Both the position numbers and the translations under genes were made by a program. Shown here one piece after another: positions 36,801 through 51,800 of a stretch of 64,000 nucleotides of DNA. The stretch lies in assembly GCA_046563655.1 (NCBI GenBank), contig CM102283.1, forward strand, positions 7,130,001 to 7,194,000, given 5' to 3'. The notes beneath the pieces are model-generated. The model did no database searches, was not told the DNA's origin, and saw only the letters and a list, made by a program, of their open reading frames with translations. The stretch comes from Yuukianura sp. NJ FZ-2021 (taxonomy: Eukaryota). Position 1 is the first letter of the stretch. Each line of letters opens with the position of its first letter.

Positions 36801-39800
36801 AATAAAAAAAAACTTTTTACGGTTACAAAAAGAAAGTAAGTTGGAATTGTAACTTAACACTTCAGTCCGGTCAGTTATAGTTCTCAGGTCAGACTTTAAA
36901 TTTTTCCCGCCACTCTTCCTTTCCTCACTGATTTTGGGCATCATCCTAAGTACAAGGCAGAAGGGAGAGATTTTGTTTTTGGAAAATCATAATTTGTTTT
37001 TCAAAAATCAGGGCCGCCACCGCCACGGCTGTCTCTCCCCCAGAGCCACCCTATGTAATATCCAGCCAGAAGAGTTTGAAGTGTTTACAAGTGCGAAAAT
37101 ACGAAGTGAAAGGAGGAGAAAGTGAAAGAGGTTCCCTCAAGATGGGCTTCCAAACTCCAGGCTCCACAAAAAACTCACAAAAAATTACGTGCACAAAAAC
37201 GGTTTCAAAAATTCAAAAATTTTGGAAGAGAAAGTTACAAAAACAACTCATGAAAGGTTATCACTAGAGTAGCATCAAAGTATTTTCTTATAAAATGATC
37301 GTCAAGTCATGCAACGTTAAAAAAATGATTTGATGTTGGCGGAGGCGGGAAAAAACGGTTTTCAAAAATTCAAAAATCGAGCAACTGGTAATAACGTCAT
37401 GCCAAGTGCACCACTAGTACGAGACCACCGCTCATCCGATTTCCAGCATTTTTTTTTTCAAATTCAGACAAAATACCAATTTTGACAAAAGTCATCGAAA
37501 TTTTGAAATTCGCCTTCACAAACGCACTAAAATGCTTTCAAAATTCTTCGAGTACTTTCACTGCTTTCTTTCACCTGATCAATAATTTGAAAAAGAAATT
37601 TTAAATAATCTCAAGTTTGCAAAAAAAAACGGAAACAAGTGAAAAGCAAAAATTGTTGTTTTCTTCTTTAGAAAAAAATAAGAAGTGGCGTTAAATTTCT
37701 GCGACTCGGCTTTTCACTATTTCCAGGCATTACAAAATCATCACAGCTTTTGCCGAATATTTTCAAAAAAAATTGTCATTTTTTTTTACAAAATTTCTTT
37801 TTCATAGATTATGAAGGCTGAAATGTTTTGTGCGTGCGCATACCGACCAAGAAGTGTGACGTAAAACTGGTAACTGAAAATTGAGAAACTACGAACGACA
37901 GAGCAGAAGAGAAAGTTTTTGTGACTGATAGAGACTGTGAAAGTGTCAAGGGGACTCTGATTGTCAGAGGATGGTCAACTTGGAGAGACAGAAGGTGACC
38001 TTTGACATGACACGAGAAGTATATTGCATTGTAACATCTGAGTATTTGACGTTTATGTTTGAACAACAAGAAACGACAGCACAGGCACCAGAGACAGGAG
38101 AAAAGAGAGAGAGAGAGGCACAACACGACAGAGAAAGAAGAGTCAACTGAAGGTGGACAAAGGGGGATAAGACACCCAGAAGCTTTGGCGCCTTAATTTC
38201 AACTTTTTTTAAATTTTGAACTTTTTCGTTTTAAAAAATGGCTACAGCGTGAAGTGAGTCGGTCATACTTGGAGCCACGTCGTTTGGATCCAAACTCATC
38301 GAAAATAGTTGACTGGCGTCGGAGTCTTTGGAGTTTGGGTGTGGTGGATGGTGGGCGTTCGGGTGAAGCTCGTGAGTTACGTCTTTGAAGAAGCTCTTTG
38401 CGCATGCGTTCACTGCTCGTGGCGGGTTCTGGTGGAGAGATAACAGGTTCTGAAGAGTCAATCAACATTACTTCAAATTAAAATTCACTAATTAACTTTA
38501 GGTTTGCTTGTGAACAGGAGCAGAAAATTCAAATTCAAACAATTTTCCTCAAATTCGAATTCAAATTCAAACAACTTTTGTTCTGCTGCGTTTGGGAGTT
38601 TGAGAATTCTCAGCAGAAGAACAAAGAAGGATTGTCCAAAAAGTTGAAATTTGAATTTCCCGCCAAAATTTGAATCTTGAATTTTTGTTATGTTTACCGG
38701 GCGAAGTGACCATTGCCCTTGGTGTAATGACTGTGGCCAATGACCCCCTGCGACCTTTATCCACGCTTGTCCGTTTAAGAAATTTGGTTCTGAGAATATC
38801 TGCTGAAGACTCTCGGCGTTTGGTCGTCTTTGCTGACGTAGTTGAGCTAGTTATTGTCGAATCACGTTTGGCCCATGGAAGAGACCTAAACAAAATTTCA
38901 TAAAAATTTCAAAAAGTTCCAAATTTTACTTCAATTTTAAATTTAAAAAAAACCTGGCAAGATCGGCAAGCGTTTCACGTCTGGACAGGGCTTTGTCATG
39001 CTTTCTAAGGCCACCGCCACTACCCCATTCTCTGAGGATGTCCGTTAGCTGGGCCAGGGAACTGCGGCGTCTGCGCGTCGTCGGTGGAGACGTCTCTCGT
39101 ACCTGAAATTTCGAAATTGTCAAATTTTCAAAATCTTCAAAAAATGACGTGCGAGGCTTGACATTAGGTAATTCCCTTCTACCGTCACCGTCATACATCA
39201 AAAGTCAATTTCCTTCCAAACTACTAACTCAATTTCATTGAACCGGATGACTTTTTCAAAAAAAGGAAATCGAATTGTGAAAATCAGTTGAGTGGACTCA
39301 AATTCAAGAAAAAAGACTTTCTCCTGCATCCTGAGGATGTTTTCAAGGGAAACAGCAAGGAACGAAAGTCCCTGACTTTGAAAATGAGGATATTGGGCTT
39401 CCGTCCGTAAAACTTTTCGTTTTTTGAACTTTCTTGTTTTTTCAAAAAGAGCTAAATTGGAGTAAAAGCAAAGTTTTTGAAAAAAGAAACTTAAGAATTG
39501 AAGGACATTAGTCTTCGTTGACAATTCCTTACTCTTGAAATCCTTTTCTTCTGAATGTTATGGCATAGTGGAATCACTGTGTCGTAAAAACAGTTTTTTC
39601 AAAAAGTTAAAGTTCGAAAACTTTTTTCTCGCTTTTTCCCTTCAGGTCAAAAAACTGAAGTAAAAAAAGAACCATTAATAAAAACTGTTTTTAATCTTTA
39701 TGTGGCAACCAAAAACCCATTTTTCTTTCTTTTTGAAAATTAACTACACTTGAATTCATGCGTCGTTAACTATAACTACACGTCATTTACCTCTGTAGGT

Positions 39801-42800
39801 GGTGAAATCGTCGTAATTTGAGCTGCCGAGTCACGTCTTCCAAGTCGCGCACGGAGGATTTCTTCTTGCTCTTGTTCCCTATGAATTCAAAAAATGAAAA
39901 ATAACATTATTCAGATACTGAATTTTGATTAAGCATAAAAATTTCAAAATAGCTTTTGAAAATATTCGCAACGATGGTACTTTAAAAATAACAAAAACAA
40001 GAAACTGCTCCTTAGAAGCCTGTTTTGATTTTTTTGAATTTGGAATTCGTTTGTATTTTTAGCATGAAAACTTTAGCGTAGCGGCGAATCAGCAATCTGC
40101 CGGTGGCTGTAAAGATTTAGTGGTCAGTTTCTTCCAGTCTGACCCCCCATAGTGTCTTTTTTGGTTTTGATTTTAGTGTTGGCAGTTTCCGTTAACTTGG
40201 AAGTGAAAGCACAGCTCAAATGGACTTTTACTTTACTCATATACACGGAATCATAGAAGTAAATCACAAAAAGGTGGAGCCTAGAGTTAGGTTAGTTAGG
40301 ATATGTTAGGATAACCTAACTTAAAACATGGTGAGTATTAAGCTCCGCCCCCTGGTGGTGTACTTAAATGGTCCAGACTTTAATGGTGATGTGTTTAATG
40401 GAAAAAATCATCAAAAAAACGATGAGGATAAAATGCAATGGAGGAAACTTTTGTCATAAACTTTTTTCTTTCATTTTGGAAAGGAAACGAAAACAACTGT
40501 ATCATAAAACACGGGTTTCTACTATCCGAGCGGAAATAAAAGTTAAGCGGCGTTCAAGAATTACGTAAACACTTGGCAAGGGTGAACCGGTGGACGAAAG
40601 TTCATAATTTGTGTGAAAATTTTAAAACTGTTGTGTTTAAGACAAGATTTGTGGGTAAACTTTTTTTTCTTAAGAGGGTAGTAGGGCTCGAACCGGCAGC
40701 AGCTGCTCCAGCACAGTAACGATGACTGTTAAACATGTAGTTCTGTGCAAATTGGATAAATTGGATTGGAGTTGAAAATGAAAATTGGAAAGTTTGGAAT
40801 TATAAAGTTTCATTTGCCGTAGTCAGTAAAACCTAAAAAGCTTCCAACATTTGTAGAGAAAATTGGAAATGCAAATTGGGTTTGTTGTAACCTAGAGGTT
40901 CAATTTTAGTTTCAAAAATTAGAAAACGCAAAATTCAATTTTCCATTTTCTCTTTCATGTTCAACTTACAATCTCACGCGAACTCAAAACCAAAAATACT
41001 GAAAACCATGAAAACGGAAAACTGTGAAAACAATCCGGGATTAGTCGGAACCATTTGAATTTTCATTGAATCTAAACATTTCCAAACTTCTGCCCAAAAT
41101 TTGAAGTGGTTAATTCGAAATTCGAAAATCATGAGCAATCTTGATTTCATTGTTCAAAATTGCAAGCAGAATTACAAAATTTCAGGAGAAATTAAAATCA
41201 ATCCGACTTTTTATTTGAAATTTGAAAATCCAGGAATGTTTTCTAGACAGCTCCGACTGGAGACAAGGAATTTATAGAAGTTGAAGTTGTTTGGATTCTT
41301 TAGCATCTGGTTTCTTAGCCTGAAGGGCTCCTTGTGGAGTCCCAGTGGTCTAATTTTGGTGTGGTTGGAATGGATAGGCCTCGGAGGGCCCTTGGAGTAG
41401 GGAATGACTAATGGAGAAAGTTATAAGGCTGTCAAGGTCTTCTGGATGAGGATGATGTATGTCCTTCCAGCTACATTTCAGCACAACTTTCACTTGCTTT
41501 CTTTCTCCTAAACCCCCTTTTCCCTTTACCGGATATGAATCTTCCTTTGTCAATATTGAAATTGAACCTAAACATAGTTTCTAGCCCTCCCTGGGCCTCT
41601 GTCCAATATTTCAGAATCCTCTAAAATACGCCTTTCTTCCCATAAATTCACTTTCCTTCTTCCCTTCAAAGTTTTTCCTATAAATAAGAAAAGGACGGTA
41701 ACTTTAAAAGTAGAAATTGGACAGTATTGTTCTAAATTTTACTTTTAAAAAAGCAAAAAATGTTTTTCAAAGAAAAGTTTTCGGTTGGAAGGAGAGTTGC
41801 GATTGCAATTTGATTTCAAATCTGAAATTTCTGATATCCTGTCCAGCAGCCGATGTCGCTCTCTTTCATAGAATTTTTTTCTGTGACGGAATTTGGAAAC
41901 AAACTTTTTTCTTTTGTTTATTTTAAAAACAAAGGAAAATGTTATGAAATGGATTTATAATACGCTCGGAGTTTATGAAAACTTGTTTCATTTTTAGTCT
42001 TTTATTACGTGTTTGAGTAAATGCTGTTTTTCTTACCAATTAAAACTAATTGTCAAACAACTGTTTGACAGTTACACAAGATAATCTTTTAAAAACAAGA
42101 AATAGAGTGGGAGGAGAGAGAAGAAAGCTGAAACTTAGTAAGCAAAAATATTCAAAATTTTGCAACTTTTGCATAAACATAACCTACAAAGTAATGGAGA
42201 AAGTTCTTTTTGCAATTTGCAAGCAAATTATAAAACATGCGGTAGTTACAAAATGTTACAAATTCTGAAAGCAATTTTATTTTTGGAAAAAGCAGATTTT
42301 CTAAAGAGTTTTCTGCAATACGGTTTTGCTTTCACTCCAGGAGAAATGTGTATATAGGCAACTTTTTAAAGTTCCGCCCATTCCCACAACTCAGTTTCAA
42401 ATTACTCAAAAGATCAAACGGGCCAGCAGAACAAAATGGCAAACAGCCTTTTGGCTTTCCAAAACCGCCAAAAACAATTCCAGTAACTTTGGGTTTTGAA
42501 AGATAGAACATGAAATGAATTTGATACTCAAGAGGGGTTTGCTTAATAAGTGCTCTATTCAGAATTTCAGCCTCGAGTCACGCCTTTAATATTTCAATTT
42601 CAAAATTTCAACTGTTGTTTTCAAATTCTAGAGAAAATTTAATGGTAAACAAAATGAGATTGGATTTTCGGGGTATATTTAGAACCTGTTGCTTTTGAAA
42701 TTGACCGCTTATGTACAAAAGTCTAGATTGCTAGACTTGTTCTAAATTTGTTCTAACTTTTAGTTTTTAGAACAGTGACAGACGCTAATTCCCACCTGAA

Positions 42801-45800
42801 TTGAATTATGCTTCTAATTGAATCTTGTTTCCTTGCGGAAGGACCCTGGAAACTTTGTTCTGACTTTCACCTTATGGCTGCGAAATCCACCAGGGAAAAG
42901 TGAACTTGGACTTTCCATCGATTTCTACGACGGCGGTGGCGGGAAAAATTGAATTTGGAGTTTACCTGTCTCTTCTTCCAAAAAAAACTTACCATATTTC
43001 AATTTTGAAAACAAGGAAACTCCGAATTCTAGGTTTTTTCAAAAACCTCGAAAAGTGGAACATAATTTCATTTTCCACTGGAAATGGATTTTTGTGTCAA
43101 AGGTCATTGGAGAGAGCGGAAGTGAAGTTGATGGTGTGGAAGTCGCTAATTTTTCAGTTCCTGCTTTTCAAGAAGTGTTGGAGCTCCAAAAATGAAATTT
43201 TTGGCCAAAATTGGCGCTGACTTGGCGAAAACCGGATTTCCGCCACTGAATTTCCTGACCTTAATAGAGGCTTCCTTCTTGCCAAAAAGTTTTCCAAAAA
43301 GTTGCCAAATCTCTGCAAATCTATTTTTGCAAAAAAAAAAAAAAAATTCCAGGAGCAGAAGAAGGTGTGTGCTTTTTGGCTCCTTTAATTAGGGGCACTG
43401 AAACAGAAAATTTTTAATCCTATTTGCAAAAAAAGTAGAAAACTTTTTGAATCTAGGTGATGACAAAAAGTTGAAAAAAAGTTTGAAGACTTTTTTTTTC
43501 TTGGCAAAAATTGGATTTTGTTCGACTAATTCCAATTCTGAGTATTTTCCTTCCAAAACTTTTCTGAACGTCATAATTAGGTTAACTTTATTTTAAGTTT
43601 ACGTTAGGTTACATACAGCACATGCGCAATAAGAAGAGAATGTGCCCTGGGAAATCAAAGTCCTACATGCCAAAAGTATTTTCAAAGCCGCATTAAAGTC
43701 TCTCTTTTCGAAGTAACCGTATTTTAAGTTCCATGAAATTTTGAACAGAGATTTTGGAAAAAAGGAAGAGCATTACGTACTAAGAGCCTATCGAAAGCAA
43801 ACAACCGAAACCCTTGACACGACGTTCCAGGATTGAGTTTTCGCAAATCTTTGTTCAAGGCCAAGCATGCGCAGAGCCTCAAAATATTTGGTGCGCATTT
43901 ACGTTGAATTCTTACCTGACCAGTTCGTCAAATCCATTGCCGCCTTTCCAAACGAGTCCAACTTGATGTGAGAGAATGGGCAGATTACACACGAAGCAAA
44001 TGGCTGTCATTGTCCTAAAATTCAAAAAATTACCAGAAAAATCAAAATTTCGAATTGATCAATCTCGTTTTTTGTGTTGTGAAATTTGAAATTTGGAAAA
44101 TGAAAAGTGCTTTTGGGGTGTTGCTGGATTAGGATGAGCATAATGTTACTCCAATTTAATTTGAAAGCGTAAATGTGTATTTTTGGACATGGACGACACG
44201 TGACAGTTTCTTTTGTTATGACGAGGAGTCAATTAGAATTAAAAGCGTCGTATTTTTTGTGCATACAAATTTCAGACTCTGCATGAATTGTTGAAATTCG
44301 GAAGTGCTGGATGGTTGAAAGGCTGGAAGGGAGTGACAGGTTGGAGGAAGTTGCTTTGTGAAAGTCGCAAACTTTCACCTGAATGGGAAAGGGGCAATAC
44401 CTGTTGATTTGGAGCCTTCCACAACTTTTGAGTGACAGGTAGGGTGGGTAGAACTAACAACCGTCCGCTACACCCATACAACTATGTTTTGAAAGCATTT
44501 TCAAAAACAAATTGAAAAATACTTTTGCCATGTTTAATGAATGTAATGCATTCAATTTTAACATATTACTATTCATCATTAAAGTTTCAACGTTGTACAC
44601 CATCTCTAATCCCAACGTTTTTAAACTGTTCCACATTGTTTAAATTGTTACAAAATTAAACACCAAAATTTAAAAATTGATTGTACTTACAAGTGCTTTT
44701 GTGTTTCAGTTCTGGGTGACTAAAAATATTAGAGTAGTGTTAAGTTTTGGCGGTCGGGAACAGAGTATCAACGGGTCAACAAATTCACATTTGGAGTCAA
44801 AAACTAATATTTTAGAGCCTTTGGCAACATCAATGTCACTCACTTTAAAACTATTCTTTCACGAGTAATCAATAACGGAGATCAGTATTGGTAACTTGTG
44901 TAAACCGGTGACAGGTTGCGTCATAAACTCGTAAATTGTTGACCGTTGGGTGGAACTTGTCAGTCTGTTCGTCGTCCTAGCCTGTGTCCTTCTCGGCTGA
45001 AGTGTCAAGAGGGTGTGGTTGAGTTAATGATGGGGTTGATGGATGTTGCTTGTTGTGTAGAGTGGGTTTAGGCGATTAGGACTCCAGCCTTGGTTAAACC
45101 AGGGAAAGTGGTGCTCTGGCCTCCCGAACTGAGCTAAGTCGACTGGTGGTGGCTCCAGAGAAAGTGGGCTAGCCTCCTGAGGAATGCGGAGTCGCAACCT
45201 CACTCTCAGCACCACCAGCCTCCCCGCCAATTTCAAATCTTCCCTCCACCACTCTACACCAAGTCCACCGGAGTCCAAGGACTACAGGAGACAAGTACTA
45301 CTCACCAGAGAGTGGGGATCTTAAAAGCTGCCACCACCTAACTCAGCGTCCTTCAACTTCCAACTGACTCTTACTTTTTTCACTAACGGAAGAAGAATCT
45401 AAGCTTTCACCCGGGTAACAACCTGCTCTTTCACCCGGAAAGTAAAGTAAAGGAAGGATAGGGGACCACTTTACTCAAAAGTTCTTTAGAGGGCCCTTCA
45501 GTATAACTTTCTGTTGCTAATTTCTGTAGGAAAAAGTACTTTTACTTTATGCTTCTTCCGGTGGATCAATATACTTTGAGAGTGTATAATGAAATTCAAA
45601 ATTGAATTGGCACAACTCCCGCCTTTCTCCAGAAAAAAAGAGAGAAAACGTTTTCCAAAAGGAATACAAATTTTGAAGAAGGAAATGACATTTCGAGAAC
45701 TCACACTGAAATCGAATCAAGTCCAAACTAAACGCAATACATTTTTATAATGTAACTCTGTAGAGTGTATGACTTCCAAATGTCAATATGTTCCCACGCT

Positions 45801-48800
45801 CCTGCTTTAAAATGAGCCGCTCAATGGAATCTCATCAACGTCAAGCCAAACATATACTTTCAAACACCTTCTGAGTTTTACTGCACACGCTTTTCAGCTT
45901 ATCGCTTTGAGCCTGAGAACGGGAGCTCCAAAAAGCTAAAGCCAATATTCAAAAAAAGTGTCGTAAAAAGTTTTCCGTTTTTCTTGCCTTTTTTTGTAAG
46001 ACTTTCTCAAAAAAGTTTTTAAACGCCGCTGGAGTTTTGAGCGAGAAATTCAAACAGGATAAGCAGTTACAAAAAAAAACACCAAGTAAAACTTGGTTGA
46101 ATCCCATCACAATTCTACAGAAAATTTAACGTTAACTATCAAATTCAAACTTTTTTGTTTAAAAAGCTCAGTTTAATCTGATAGGGATTTGAAATAGAGG
46201 CTAAAGAGGGCCCAAAGAAGATGAAATCCGAAACGCTTAGAAAAACACACGATCATCATTTCAGGGTTTTCAATAAGATTTTCATTTTTTTGAAAATAAG
46301 GTGGGATTTTTTGAAAATGAGGAAACGATATGAAGTGAAAGCGAAAGTGAAAGTAGAAAAGGCGGATTCGCTGAATGAGCAAAAGTTGAACTTAAGGTCG
46401 TTTGGAACAAGAAGGAAATGGAGAAGAAGGAAATCCTATATTATAGGTTGTTCCCAAATGTTAGGTCCAACTTATAAGTATTGACTTTCACTTCAAACTT
46501 TCCCGCTCTTCTAGATTCTGGACCAATATCTAAAAGAAACCAAAAAATGTCTTGGACCATATTAGAAAAGCAACTTGTTTGATTGAGAGAGTCTATATTT
46601 TAGGTTACTTTCAAAGATGCTGGTTAGGCTAGACAGTGGGATCGAAGTGCCTAAAGAGAAAATTCCTTTCACTCTAACTGACCCACTGTGATTTTGGATG
46701 CTGGTGGCTTCGACCAGCCTTGATTTACTAGAAGTTTGGCTCTATGAAGAAGTAATAACCGCGCAACAAATTCATCTTAAAAATTGCAGGACAAGTACAA
46801 TTTCCTTACACATTCTGTATGGACGTAAATTTCTTAAAAGTGAAAGTAATTTTCATATTTATGACGTTCAGCTTTTTTAAAAAGGGGGCTAAGCCAGGAC
46901 ATTTCAAGCATTTAAATTGTCATTTTAAGCTTATTTTTGACCTCCGGGCTTAAAAACTTTAGGCAAAACTTTGTACTTATCTTTAAGTTAGGCTAGTTTC
47001 GTATTTAGTAAACTGCTGGCCAAAGAAAACCTAACGTTTATTTTCTAAACCCAGCATAATACAGCCTAAGCTCTGCCAAAATTGTTGCCAACTTTTACAC
47101 AAATTGAGCCTCAGTTTGCAAAACTCTGTTTCTGATGCTCCAGCCTACACAAAAAGCACGTCGAGTAACTGAAGATGTGCCAAAAAAGAAAGTTTTCTGT
47201 CTCTTGATGTACATATTAGGTGTCTCTTCCCACCTAATCCTGCCTACAACCATTTACAACCTTAGTACACCTTACTTGATGTACTAAACTCAACTGTAAG
47301 GTTAGTTAAGGTGCCTAACTTTAGGCTGTTGATTTTAATTGGAGTGTGGTGTCAGTTTCTGAAGTTTTGATGATGAGGGATCACTTTACAGCCTGTAGAA
47401 TAGGAAAGTAGGGAAGATGAAGTTGGTTTGAAATTGGATAATCACGCATAATGAGGCACTCCAAACTGAATTCAACGGAGAAAGTTTGGAGCCAGAAGGA
47501 CTAAAGTGCCTCTTGTCAAAACTATACTAAACTTCCCAAGTACAGATTTCAACATAACATAGTGTAAAAGCATGCCTTTACATGCTGGTTCTTCCCTTGG
47601 GATCTAACAATGTCCCTTGGAGTCCTAGGTTAGCTTAAATCTAGAATTCTGGAAACTAGGATTCTAAAGATAGCATTTCTCATTAAGAGTGAAAGAGAAC
47701 AAAGGTCATCTTCATGTTCAAATTAGATTCCTTCAAACCTCACAAAGAGCACGTTTAAGCACAACTTCGGACAAAACAGGTTAGTTTAACCTTGAACATG
47801 GTGGGTGTGAACCCGGGAGAATTCAAAACTTTGAAAATCGTAACTTAACATTGAAAAAGTTGCAATGAAGTGGGTGGGAAGTGGGATTAAAACAGGTGGG
47901 ACGGTGGGAATAGTTTGGATGCTGTAAAGGAAGGAAGGAAATCAAGCCTAAAGCAAATATTTGAACCGTGTTCTCAAAAGTGGAAGGAAGACGAAATACC
48001 AGCAGCAGTTCCTTAAAGAGCTTTTTGAAGACTGAAAATGGAGTACCGTAAAAATTCAAATAGGAGGGACAGGTTTCAAGATAAAACTATTTTGAAAAAA
48101 TATTTTCAGCCCACATAAACAGAAGTAAGAACAAATACTGTGACAATATTTCCTTGAAAATTACTAAAATTTGGGGGAAAAAAACAGTTACAAATTTGAT
48201 TAAAAATTGAATTCAGATTCTGAAAATTCTTCAGAAATCGATAATTATTTGAACTCTTACGGTACTTAACGTCACCAAACATCTATTTGAACGTTCCCTC
48301 CTTCTCTCGTTTAATCCAAAAACCCCTTGAACTGCAAACTCTAAATTCTAAATCCCAGAATCCTGCTTTCTCCAGTCCAAAGCATTTTTCTCAATCCCTT
48401 CGAGCCCAATTCCAAGTGCCCTGGAATTCAATTAGAACGACTCTACACAAAGCACCAAAGCAAATGTTTGCAGTTCCATCTCTCCCGTCTTCAAAGAACC
48501 ATACATTTCATACAACATTAGCACCTAACTTGACCTTTGACCTAAAGGTCAGTGACCCCAAGCTAAACATGGGGTCACGTGAGGTCAAATTAACTTACTA
48601 GTTATAATTTACGTGGCAAAGTTCCAAAGCAGCACTAGCGGGTTAATTTAATGTGAAAACAGAAACCTGGAAAGCGATATTGGCCGGTTTCCAATTGTTT
48701 TCTTCAGATCTCAATCTGGAGTCTAACGTACTAAAGTGATACGAAAGCTACACAGTAAGCAGAGAAAATTTTTACGAAGTAGAAGCAATATTGAACTTTG

Positions 48801-51800
48801 ATGTTTTGAATTTCGCTTTTTAAAAATTCTTTTGAAATTTTTTTGTGAGTGTTGGCAACAACATCAATCATATGTGAGTAGACGGAGGAGGAAATGGGCG
48901 GTTTTAAAAACTGAAATGGAGGCTTTGAAATTTTCAAAAAACGAAGAACCACAACAAAAGATAGCGACAGAAAAGTTCCCATTCATCTTCACTCACATTC
49001 ACATACGATGGGGGATTTGAGCTTTCTCTTTGTCGTTTCCAAAAAAAAGTATAAAAAAGTGTTCAAATAAAACGAAATGCGCAGAAGTGCGGAAAGTGTT
49101 AAATAAAATTTCTGTTTCTGATTGTGTTCTAATTCTCGTACACAGTTATTCCCTTCGTTTCTTTTCCAATGTGTTACGCTCCACAGATAAAGCTTTTCCT
49201 CCGTCTTTCCTGACAGTTGTTCTGACGTTCCGAATGAAAATACCCGGGAAGAAAGGAACTGAAAATACCCGGGTAAAGAAGGAACTGAAGTGTAGTGGAG
49301 AGGCTGCAGTTTCTGCTAAAGCTAAGGGTGAGGTGGAGCGGAAATCAAATATAAAAGTACGTTTTTGCATTGGAACTATCTGAAAATGAAGTCACTGAAC
49401 CAAATTCAAACGAAAACCTAACAAATTTGGTTGTTTTGAACCAAAAAAAAAATCAATACCCAACAAAAAAAAATACTCTTAAAAAAAAGTAAGTAAAGTA
49501 AAGAGAATTATACTCCAAATTAAAAATTTTACTTTTACTTTCTTAAGATTATTGATGTTAAAATTTTTACTGAACTGAAGTTAGAAACGAGTAGAAATTG
49601 TACTTCATTGAACTTTAACAAAAGGTCATTGAACTTTAAAATGACGGAAAACAGTGTAAGATGAAGTGTGGGAACTTTTGAAATGTGGGGAAAGTGGAAG
49701 ATGGGCTGTGGTGAGAAAGTAATAATTTTTAAATGCGTTTCTCGCCATTTTGTAATAATTGAGCCCATAAATTTCCTTGTAAGGTGAAAGGCTTCTCTTT
49801 TGTTAAGAGTGGAGGCCCTTAAGGGCTAAGAAGCCCTATTAAGTTTCCGGTGTTCCCTCAATGTGTGGTTTGGGGCAATGCTGGAGGAAATGAAAAAGAG
49901 CAGGAACTTTTGAATTGTAAGGTTGAGGGATACGGGAGTTTCTAGTGTGTTTTTGTGGTCTGGGCCTGCGGTTCTTAATGGAGAAAGTGTCAAAAAGACA
50001 ATGGAACCAAAAAAGAAAAAAAGAGCGGGAACAGCTTTCACTTCTCTTTGAAATTCGAACGTTCCCGCCCCACTTCCATCAACCACCAAACACATGAAGT
50101 TGATCTTTTCGTTTTCCGTGGGGTTTATGGGTGCTGATTTTGAAAGTTGGATTTTCCCTCCATTCCATTTCCTCTGCTGACTCTAAAAATCAAGTTGCTT
50201 TAAGAGAAAGTAAGAATGACAAGACTATAAAATCCGTGGACCAAACGACATCAAAATGTCTTCCTTTGCGAGTCGCTTCCATATGTACATCCGGATTGGA
50301 AATGGCAAATGTCAAACACTAAAGTTAAAGTCAAAGAGAGAAAAACAAAGCAAAAAGTTTTTAAAAAATTGACGTGGACACCATTTTATGATCATTTGAA
50401 CAAGTCATAGAACATATTTCATATTTTATATTTATATTTTAAAACATAAATTCAAAACTTAAAATTGTAGGCTGCCAAAAAAAAAAATTAGGCTCAACTC
50501 ATATCAGTAATGAGCCAATTTTCTGCATGGACAAAAAGTTGCCAAAAAATTTTGGTTTTTATTTTCGAAATTGAAATAGTAGAGTAAAAGTTGCATGGCC
50601 TCAAAAGCTGGTATTTTTACTCCATTTATAAACCAGAATCTTTCCAACATGCAAAAAGTTGCTACAAAATTTTTCAATTTTTGTGCTGAGCAGGTTGTTT
50701 TGTAAATCTAGTTTTCCGAATTCTGTTTTTGATTAGTGAACATCAAACGTGTGTCTGGTCAACTGCGCATAACTATGTATTTTATAGGAACTGCTACTAC
50801 GAGAAAAGTAACTGTGTGGAGTCAATTGGAAGAAATTAGAGTTCCGTTGAGGCCTGACTCGAAACGGCGGGAAATTTTGTAAATGGAAGAAACGAACATG
50901 TCCCTCCACTTGTTTTCCCCAGACGTCATCATCAGTTCATTTCAGACCTCGGTTGGAGCATAGTAGTTACTCCCGCCTCATTTTTCATACTATAGTTTAG
51001 TATCTTTTTTCGTATTTCGTAATATAGTTACTCCCATTTCTCTTTACTTTCTACTTACAGGCTAAATGACAAGAAATAGGAGATGAAAATGGATGACACA
51101 TGAAGATGATATTGATTTCAGCTTTCACTTTTCCAACTTTCTTTCCTCTCTGCGACCGTTACTTTTTTTTTTAAAACTTCAATCTTCCTTTCAACTTCTC
51201 TGAAAATGGTTTCGAAAATGATTTTTGAATTTGATCATATTAAGATTTTCACAGGATAAAACAGGAAAAGTGTTTCACTTGTCAAAAGTTAAAGGAAAAG
51301 GGATTATTAAAAACGCCTTGTCAATACCTGTCGGTACACACAACGTGACTTTTTTTTAAATGACGTCAATGTGAAGTTCTCAAAAATTATTAGGAAGAAT
51401 CCAAAGTCTTTTTTCGAAAGTACTCTTTCTTCAATTTTTGAAATTTCAATTTTTGAGAAAATTTGTATCCGCTTTCACTTCTTTACAGTCAATCGAGTTA
51501 AATCTGAGATCAATTCGGGGAAATGGAAAGTCAATTTTCGATTTTTGTTGGAAAAAAAGGAAAAGCGGCCAGTTTTTAAAAATGTATAAAATATGAAAAC
51601 TAAATCGGCTTAAACTTTGAAAAATGAGGAACAATTGGATAGAAAGCTTGTTCGGAGCGGTTCTATTTTTGGAACTGAGAGAAGCTGGAGATTAAGGTCA
51701 AGGTTTTTCATGGGTTCGTTCAAAAAGTGCTTTTCGCTTAACTTTCTCCTTCATTTCATGTTTTAACTTTTTTCTTTCAGTTTTTGAAAAACTAAACTTG

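Noticed and set aside
41350-41570. Minus-strand ORF / possible alternative exon in a radish intron
   Set aside because: The phase-compatible frame stops after ~32 codons, with no motif or other support.
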